Shown here in pieces: positions 13,553-22,291 of a DNA stretch of 64,000 bases. The translations under genes and the position numbers were made by a program. Under the pieces are notes generated by a model that saw only the letters and a list, made by a program, of their open reading frames with translations, was not told where the DNA came from and did not search any database. The stretch comes from Macrostomum lignano (lineage: Eukaryota): positions 124,001-188,000 of the forward strand of contig NIVC01000137.1 in NCBI GenBank assembly GCA_002269645.1. The letters run 5' to 3'. Each line of letters starts with the position of its first letter. Positions within the stretch are counted from its first letter, which is position 1.

Positions 13553-14301
13553 CATTTACGCCGAATCAGTGAAGTAGTCATACAACACAAGCATTTTCTT
13601 AAGGGAAGACAGGCATACATACACTCAGCAACAGTCGAAACTGCCACCCTACCGAGAGGCGACTTCTCTCTTACCTCAACTGCAAGTGACGTAACTTGCA
13701 CCACGGCGTGGCTAAAGCTGGGTGTGAGTGAATTCCAGGGTGAGAGTACAAAAGGGACTGGGGTTGGGGGTGCAACAGTACACGTGACAATGGTCAGGCA
13801 TATGACAGACGCTGAACAATGGTGCGCTGTTGGCATGCTGGAAGCTGGTGCATCCATCAGCGCAGTTGCGTACCGATTTGGCCAATCATGTTCAACAATT
13901 CGAGCGCTGTTAACTAAGTCCCAAGATACTGGTAGTGTTCAGCACGCAGCCATAGGCAGCCAGCGCCATGATCTCCGCGGCTCAATAGCCAGGGCAAATC
14001 AACATCTGCTGCGGATTGTCAGGTGAACTCTGACCGCGCCAGCCACCCTGCTCCATCTAATGTGGGGTGAAAGAAGCAGATGGGGCATCCTCTGCATCCC
14101 CTGATTGCCCTCTCCTGCATTCACTCTCACCCAGCTTTAGCCACGCTGTGGCGCAAGTTATGTCACTTGCAGTTGAGGTGAGAGAGAAGTTGCCTCTCTT
14201 GGTAGGGTAGCGGTTTTGACTGTTGCTGAGTGTATGTATGCCTGTCTTCCCTTAAGAAAATGCTTGTGTTGTATGACTACTTCACTGATTCGGCGTAAAT
14301 G
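13553..14301 (+). mobile_element. Internally deleted Tc1/mariner element with ~190-bp terminal inverted repeats
   Basis: 13553-13740 is the reverse complement of 14113-14301 (CATTTACGCCGAATCAGTGAAG...), with TA on the right flank. The internal frame from 13790 reads MVRHMTDAEQWCAVGMLEAGASISAVAYRFGQSCSTIRALLTKSQDTGSV, resembling the Tc1 transposase N-terminal HTH. No DDE domain is present. Confidence 0.88.
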
Positions 14302-15740
14302 TACATCAGAACATCCATACATCCATAATGAACATCAGACTTATAGACTGATGTTCATTATGGAACTGACCTGAGCAACCAACTAAAACACAATATGCTA
14401 TCTACGACTGCTGATGAGTAATAACAATTTTACAACTAAATTTTGTGTTATATTCCAGTTGTCTGAATCTGTTCTCAATTCTATATAGCTGAAATGAATT
14501 TTTTTAATATTTTAATTGTTGATCAATGTCGGTTACTGTAGGGGAAGAAATACTTTTATGTGAATCTTTGTTTGGCTAGTCAAATGTTAGTCAAGCAAAA
14601 CTGCAGGCTCTTCAGAGGATGTTCATTTTTTCTTTGGAACCTTTGGCAGGACAGATCAAGCGCTGAACTCCGGCTGTCTCTTTTGCCGAGCTGTTTCGTC
14701 AGCAGCTTTCTTCAGTGCTCGCTCGACCGCAGCATGCTCAATCTCCTTTCACTGAGCTTCAAAACTGGAGGCTTGCACAGCCTTACGCTATATTGATGAC
14801 ATTCATGACACTTAAATTGAGCACAAAATGAAACACAGTACTTGAAAAAAAAGTTGAAAGGACTTATGTCCACGAAAAATCGCAGGAAATGAGCAAAATA
14901 GACAAAATTATTGCTAAGCGATAAAAAATTGCAGTGGTGGCAACATTGCTGAGCAATAAAAAATTGCAGTAGTGGCAACACTGAGATTCTAGACTATAGA
15001 GTTACAATAGTGTTGTTAAAATTTTAATGTGAATCTGAATGTCAATTGGGATATGAATGTCTAAATTTTGGTGCAAGGTAAAATCTCTTTATTTGCATGC
15101 AATGCATATCCTTTTTGTCTAAAAATGTTCTAATACATAATTGACATGATTTTGACCATAGCTATGGGGCATAAATACTGAATGAGAAGCTTATTTGACT
15201 ATTATGAGCACCACACTCCGGATCATATAATATACACCCAAAAATTTGGGCGTGCATTGGCCTTGCATGCCAAAACTAGGCATGCATCACTCCTGAGAAA
15301 ATAGTATATGTGCACACCTAATGTGCTCTTTATAGAATCACGCGTGAGAGTTATTGTGAAGTTGAAAAAAGATGAAAATAGTTCATTTTAAGCACAAATT
15401 TCAAGCTTTCCAATTTTTTAAGCTTGTAAAAGAGCATTTAAACAAATCTTTGCATGCATAAATTTTCCACTGTAAATAGTACTGCTGAAAAAGCATAAAA
15501 AGCAACCAAATTATCTGGTAAGAAGGGTCTATTACGCGATTTAAAAAAGGTATTTCATTGTCACAACGTAAAAAAAGTCTTTTATTGTTGCAACACCGGC
15601 ATATTTTTGAGAATGGGCATGCACAACATTTTTTCCATGTGCATTTGTAATTATTTAATTTTTGTTTGGGCATGCACCTAGCATGATCTGGACTATGGTA
15701 TGAGCATACTATACATGTATAAATAATCATTGCCTATATG

Positions 15741-16275
15741 CCATAGTCAGGAAGGTAGCACAGTGTGCGCTAGAATAATTTATGGGACAATTTTTATGCC
15801 GTCTATGCGCTATTTGTGCATTGTCTGTGCGCCGTCTATATGCTACTCTTCACAAGTAGAGTTTTCTAAGAAAGGCCTTCGTACAAAAAGCCTTTTCAAA
15901 ATGTTACGCATATTTTCATTTTAAACAAACTTAAATTATACCTACAAATAGAGTAATGCAAAATTGACATTTTTAGCGATAATTTATACTAATTTTATTT
16001 ACTATTAATTTTAAAGAAGCAAAAAGTTTATCACTGACTTTTTAGACTATACAAATCTCATTTATTTTACGTAAAATTGTTAATTTGCATTACAATTTTT
16101 ATGCATGTCAGGGACCTTATGCGCCATAATTATGCGCCACATGCGCTAGGGACCTCAGTGTGCACAATGATTGTGCTTTAAGTGCACCAAGGACCCCTTG
16201 TGTGCGCCAATATACATTGAAACCTTTTGTGTACGCGGGAATTTTCCCCCTCAGAGGCCACCTTCCTGACTATGA
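15741..16275. mobile_element. 535-bp MITE-like element
   Basis: The TIR CATAGTCAGGAAGGT (15742-15756) is inverted at 16260-16274. The 8-bp direct repeat CCTATATG at 15733-15740 and 16276-16283 is a hAT/P-type TSD length. Confidence 0.75.
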
Positions 16276-16319
16276 CCTATATGGCTATATTTTAAACTAG
16301 CAAATAATATAGGCCTAGT

Positions 16320-16465
16320 CTTATAATTATAAGAAAATAAATTAAAACAAAAAAGCTATAACATAACCATGGCGTTAGGTCAAAATTTAATTTATAATTA
16401 TAAGAAAATAAATTAAAACAAAAAAGCTATAACATAACCATGGCATTAGGTCAAAATTTAATTTA
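16320..16465. repeat. ~72-bp AT-rich tandem duplication (2 copies)
   Basis: TTATAATTATAAGAAAATAAATTAAAACAAAAAAGCTATAACATAACCATGGC occurs twice. Confidence 0.85.
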
Positions 16466-17717
16466 TATATTATTATTTTGTGTACAAAAATTAAAAAAAT
16501 TTAGCTTAGCTTAGTATATCAATAATTAAAGAAGGCCAACAAAAAATTAAAACCAACCAAAAATGAAAGCCTATTATTATTACTAGTCTGATTTGTTAGG
16601 TGTATAATTTAGAATAGGCCATAAAAAACCATTTTTATAATGATAGTCAACTTACATCAGATTCAGATGAGCAAAAGGTACTGTTCTGCTGTAATGCTAT
16701 GGCTTCACTTTCACTTCTTTGACTATTTTCAAGGCGCAGTTTTTTTAGAGGTGGGCTGGTAGTCATTGACAGATCAAATCAAATTATACATTTGGCAAAG
16801 GCCTAATGAAAAAAATGTGAAACTAGTGAACTATATGCGTTTTAGATTTAAAATAGCGATCAACAGAGCTATATCAGCTTATCAGTATCACTGAACCAAA
16901 GATTTTATATGTAAGAGAGTGAGGTGAGTAAGGTGTGAATCCTTCGAAGAAAGCCTGTAAGTTAGAACAAAATAAGCGAACCGTGTAGACCGCAGTCTTC
17001 TATTATTTTAATGAGAGATCCGAGGTACAACCTTCACAGATTAGTTTTTAGGTTGTTGTTGTAAACCGCGAGTTCCAGGCTTCGAAAGATGGTTCATTTC
17101 AAAATAGTGGCAAAGAAAGAAGTCTGTCTATTTAGAATTCTTGAGTGAGCTATGCTAGCTTCAATGCCATACACCAAGAAAAATTAAGTTTTTTGCTTTT
17201 ATAGAATCTATTTGTCAAAAAAAACTTTGTTTTAATATCCGTTTAGTAACCAATTCGGCGGCGTGAAACGACCCACCACGAGCGCGGTCTCTAATCATTC
17301 GGAGTAACGGAGTAACGGAGTATTTCAATGTAACGGACTAACGGTTTAATAATAGGTTTTGAGCAACGTATTTTCCCTATACTTACTCGTACTTTTGATT
17401 GCTTAACGTGTAGCTAATTTCCACTCCAGTACATTTCCGTGGACTACTATAAGCAAACACATGCTAGGACGTAATTGGTCTTGCAAATGATTGGCAGAAT
17501 TCTAAAAGGCCACTTTGAGTGTAACATGTATGTGTCTATGCCATGGTCTTAGTGGCCTCTAATTGCTTGTGAAGCAATGTGTATATATAATAAGTTATAT
17601 AGAAATTTAAGTCAGTGAATTATAAGCCTTGTATCCCTCCCTCAGTTGCACTCGTATTTCATTTATTTAAAAATAATTAATACGTGCTCGTAGCGCGACT
17701 CCTGAACTTGTCTAAAA

Positions 17718-18485
17718 TGTAGAAGCTGTAATCACTTGAAAACGAAGTCTTCATTAGCTTTTGCACTGGGAAGTGGCTCCCGAGTGGCAGACAGAAACAG
17801 AGATTTTAACCAGACCGTGGCGTCTATAGTTTTGATATATATTTGTGGGCTCCTCATGGGCCCCAACATAGGCATGCAGGCGCGCTGTGGCACGAAACAC
17901 GCGTACGAATGGTGCATACGTAGCATGGGGGAAGTGTTCAGAAGGGGTGACTCCGGTGAGTCAGTGAGGGGAGCAAACAGAGTGCAAACAAACAATCAGT
18001 GGGAGCACAGACCATGACCAAGGCTGCGGAGCGATCCCCAGCCCAGGCCATCACATCTCCCCCCTCATGGTGCTCAGCCGAGTCGAAGTCGGTCCGGTGG
18101 TGCCGGGGTGCGCTGCATGGGAGATGGCGCTGGCCGAGTTAATGCCAAAGGGCAGTCTGTTGAGTTGAAACAGCTGCCTCTCGACGTGTTGATGACTAGC
18201 TAGGCACGGCTCTCCTCGGACAGTGGCAGCGACAAGAACGCGTTCGACAAGTCGAGTTTTGTCCGCCGAGCTTGGCGAAGATGTCCTCTATCCGCGGCAA
18301 CGGATAGAGCTCAGGCTTGGCCGCGGCGTTGAAAGGTCGCCTTATAATCGCCGCAGATGCGAGTGTCGCCATTCGCCTTCACCACCGGGACGATTGGAGC
18401 AGCCCAGTTTGAATGCTTGATCGGCGTGATGATGCCCTCGACCTCGAGTCATCTCTCAGCTCCTCGTCCACACGCTGATGTCTCT
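17718..18485 (-). mobile_element. Deleted Ty3/Gypsy remnant: RT fragment fused to PPT and 3' LTR
   Basis: The minus strand reads [49 protein letters not shown]...KLDLSNAF...RLPFGINSA, with frameshifts and a stop. It is followed by a polypurine tract GAGGGGGGAGA (18056-18066) and a 338-bp TG...CA segment (18055 to 17718). Confidence 0.85.
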
Positions 18486-19259
18486 CGATCAGTTTCGGAT
18501 TCCCGTCTCACCAAACCCTAGCTTGTACATGTAAAAGGAATTTGCAAGCCAATGGGGATATTCTTGTAAGTCGCTCGTCGTCAAATATAGACGTATGTAT
18601 AGTATCCAAAAGAGTCGAAAATTTTCATCGAATATGATGGAACAGATGCCGTTGTGAGGCAGTGCAGCACTTACATGTAATACGAGAATGTGCCTCGACA
18701 ATATGTTTTGACAGTTGGTCTGTCCCAACTGTGCCGAGACCACCCATGTGCCGCTTAAAAGTCAAGGGATGTGTATGGAAGGCACATTATTTCTCTTGCC
18801 GAATCGCGCCAGCATTAAGTAAACTTTAGCAGTCATCAAGATGTCTTTACCGTCATAGCGAGAGCATCACCAGGGGGATCATACAAAAGCTGAGTTGAAG
18901 CTGTCGCAAATTAACAGAAACTGATGTCATGGCGTGGATCGGAGGAATTATTTTAACATGGACGCAAGTGCCTCAATATGAGAGGCTGCAGCTGCAGTTG
19001 CAGACATTTGGAAGTTGTTTGAGTCTGTTAGCATGCAATAGCCTAGTTGACTGTAGCGCTCAAGCCTCCGCTGCTCTATCAGCAAGCAGAATGAATGCAA
19101 CGATCTCGTCAGCAATGGCTGCTCTATCAGCAAGCAGAATGAATGCAACGATCTCGTCAGCAATAGCTGCTCTATCAGCAAGCAAGACGCCTCGTTTGCT
19201 GGCATTCCTTAAGCGCTCCACAATGCAAAATGTTGTTGTGTCATTGGCAATACGAGTAT

Positions 19260-19459
19260 TGAAATTTAATTTATGCTACAAGACGAATAAGACATACCAG
19301 AATGCATAAAATGTTGTCATACCTTTGCTGCGATGGGCAAAACCTTCATCCAGTATTCAGCCTCGTCCTCTTCTTTCGGAAAAGTATACACACGGTGCAC
19401 CTTTCACCGATTTTGTAGTTATTGCTGGTGCAGACAGGAACGCAACACTTCGCCGGCAT
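19260..19459 (-). pseudogene. Degenerate THAP-domain N-terminus (possible P-element-like transposase relic)
   Basis: From the ATG at 19459: MPAKCCVPVCTSNNYKIGERCTV, then after a 2-nt shift YTFPKEEDEAEYWMKVLP. This fits the THAP pattern M-x-x-x-C-x4-C...FP...W, but the closing CxxH was not found. Confidence 0.6.
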
Positions 19460-19479
19460 CTTGTATAACTCAAGATGCA

Positions 19480-19855
19480 GACAAATCTTGAATCCCAAAT
19501 CCCAAATCACGAATCGCAAGTCCCAAATCACGAATCCCTATCTCTGATTCAAAATCTTGAATCCCAAATCCCAAATCACGAATCCCAAATCCCAAATAAC
19601 AAATCCCTATCTCTGATTCAAAATCTTGAATCCCAAATCCCAAATCCCAGTCTGATTCAAAATCCCTAGACCGGAATTCCAAAATCCGAAATCCGAAATC
19701 CGAAATTCTAAATCCCTAATCCCAATCTCTGATTTATAATCTTGAATCCCAAATCCCAAAATCTGAATCCCAAATTCTAAATCCTAAATCCCAAATCCCA
19801 AAATCTGAATCCCAAATTCTAAATCCCAAATCCCAAATCGCAGTCTCTGATTCAA
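19480..19855. repeat. Low-complexity (AATCCC/AATCCCA)-type repeat with ~60-bp higher-order units
   Basis: Repeated GAATCCCAAATCCCAAAT and TCTCTGATTCAAAATCTT blocks. Confidence 0.85.
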
Positions 19856-20344
19856 AAGCTAGATTATGTTGGCATGCAAATAGGCTGTTGAAAACCTACA
19901 TGTAGTTTATTTAGGATTTTTATGAAGGTATTCCTTGAAGTTACGAATGAAGAAAAAAAGTAAAAATGAGGGAACCATGTTACTGACAAGTTTACCGAAA
20001 AATTCGCATGTAGAAGCCATGAAGTAAATGCAAAGAAAGAGAGATGCTGCTGATTGTTGATTGTTCACAAATCGATTGCAAAGACATATGAATCTTGTGT
20101 GTGGTGCCAGCATCCGGTGGGCTGCTTTAAGATGCAGGAGAAAATAGATATTGAATATAATTCGAACTCATCACTCATTGTTTGTTTTGTTTTTGGAAGG
20201 TAAGTCGTACAGTAAGCTTTCCTATTTCGAATCGTGTATATAGTCGCGAGCGAGCAAAATTCGTGCTTTTTCATTATTTCTTATTGTTCTGCCATCGTAT
20301 CGTTGTACAGTACAGGGTAATTAAAAGCGTTAGACGGCTACAAG

Positions 20345-21430
20345 TTAACATACAGTTACGTACATGTAGTTATAGAAATGATCAATCATTACTACATGTA
20401 GGTAATTTAGCTGCAGCGGAGGCTGGGAAAGCTGCCTTGAGCCAGCAGCTGCAGCGGAGGCTGGGAAAGCTGCCTTGAGCCAGCAGCTGCAGCGGAGGCT
20501 GGGAAAGCTGCCTTGAGCCAGCAGCTGCAGCGGAGGCTGGGAAAGCTGCCTTGAGCCAGCAGCTGCAGAGGAGGCTGGGAAAGCTGCCTTGAGCCAGCAG
20601 CTGCAGCGGAGGCTGGGAAAGCTGCCTTGAGCCAGCAGCTGCAGCGGAGGCTGGGAAAGCTGCCTTGAGCCAGCAGCTGCAGCGGAGGCTGGGAAAGCTG
20701 CCTTGAGCCAGCAGCTGCAGCGGAGGCTGGGAAAGCTGCCTTGAGCCAGCAGCTGCAGCGGAGGCTGGGAAAGCTGCCTTGAGCCAGCAGCTGCAGCGGA
20801 GGCTGGGAAAGCTGCCTTGAGCCAGCAGCTGCAGCGGAGGCTGGGAAAGCTGCCTTGAGCCAGCAGCTGCAGCGGAGGCTGGGAAAGCTGCCTTGAGCCA
20901 GCAGCTGCAGCGGAGGCTGGGAAAGCTGCCTTGAGCCAGCAGCTGCAGCGGAGGCTGGGAAAGCTGCCTTGAGCCAGCAGCTGCAGCGGAGGCTGGGAAA
21001 GCTGCCTTGAGCCAGCAGCTGCAGCGGAGGCTGGGAAAGCTGCCTTGAGCCAGCAGCTGCAGCGGAGGCTGGGAAAGCTGCCTTGAGCCAGCAGCTGCAG
21101 CGGAGGCTGGGAAAGCTGCCTTGAGCCAGCAGCTGCAGCGGAGGCTGGGAAAGCTGCCTTGAGCCAGCAGCTGCAGCGGAGGCTGGGAAAGCTGCCTTGA
21201 GCCAGCAGCTGCAGCGAGCTGTACGAGTTGAGCAGCTCATCTTTGATTGCAGCGCACTGCCGGTTGGCCTCGCACCAGGTGAAATCTTGAGCAGTGCTCA
21301 CGAACACGCACCCGCCTGCCTCTGGGCTGAAGGGATTCGGACACGCCAGGGCCCGCACTGCAGGCAGCAACTGGATTACAATGCCGGAAAGCGCTTGAAA
21401 CGCGTGGAAGTTGCTGAACGAATATTTCAT
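20345..21430 (-). pseudogene. C-type lectin gene copy A, truncated: signal peptide, N-half of the CTLD, then a translated 38-bp minisatellite
   Basis: MKYSFSNFHAFQALSGIVIQLLPAVRALACPNPFSPEAGGCVFVSTAQDFTWCEANRQCAAIKDELL is a signal-like leader plus a CTLD start. The C-half seen in copy B is absent. The frame stays open through the array (361 aa). Confidence 0.7.
20407..21214. repeat. 38-bp minisatellite, 21 units, almost perfectly homogeneous
   Basis: Unit GCAGCTGCAGCGGAGGCTGGGAAAGCTGCCTTGAGCCA. 21205-20407 = 798 = 21 x 38. Confidence 0.97.
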
Positions 21431-22291
21431 CCTTGTTTTTCAGAGACAGCTGGGATTTTTTGATGGGAAAATTTCTACAAGCAGGTTTGAGTATGGTTGA
21501 GACTTATAAACAGCTAACAGATGTAGCTCCGTCCAATAGCAGTTCTAATAAATGCTTTTAGCCAATGACTTTATCAGTATATGTCGTCCTGGGTTTGCGA
21601 TTGTTTTTTTACATCTCGTGATCTCCCTAACTCGATACTTTAAATACAGCAGCTCATATTTTAGCGTGAGCTCTCGTGTTTCTGAGTGCCTTAAAATTAA
21701 TCAGAGATTTTTGTGTATTCCAATTTAATATTCGCTTCTCAGGGATGCGCTTAAAATGTGCTACACTGTACTTATGTAGCTATAAGAGAAGTTCGCGCGA
21801 ATACGTCAATTTTAATGAAAAGAAATAGGATTACAATTTACAACAATGGCTATGTATTAGAGTAAAAAATAGCTACTATAGCGATAAATTTTGAAACAAC
21901 ACAGACATTTGTAACTAAAACTATAAGATCTAACAACTAACATGTAACTAGTGAATTTATCATTTCTAAATCAATGACAGCTCGTATTTGAATAATGTAC
22001 CAATCAAAAATATTAAAGATGAAAATCTAATTTAATGCTAAGGTTGAATTTATAGTGAAAACGTTTAAAATATAGAAAATTTTTAGAAAAACACACACAA
22101 GTAACACGTAAAACTATGGAATTATGGGACAGAATAACGTTAAAAAAGTCAGGTCATAGTACACTTCTGAAAAAAAATTTAATATTCCTAGGTAGGTTAA
22201 GTAAATTCTGTAACACACCATGCAAAGGCGGTACTGAGCTATTTCTATTTTCAAAACTGCAGTTCACTCATCTATGCATTAGCTGCTGCTG

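Larger units (their letters stand above)
11900..14980. repeat. Diverged local tandem duplication (about 11900-12760 versus 12770-14980, second copy interrupted)
   Basis: 11900-12090 aligns with 12770-12941, and 12180-12750 aligns with 14340-14930. Confidence 0.85.

Noticed and set aside
15400-15730. Cys-rich ORF and an HGK-containing alternate frame as a transposase relic
   Set aside because: The similarity is too short and degenerate to support without a search.
20407-21214. 38-bp repeat arrays as a CRISPR locus
   Set aside because: The units are contiguous with no unique spacers, no cas genes are present, the context is eukaryotic, and the unit derives from lectin coding sequence.
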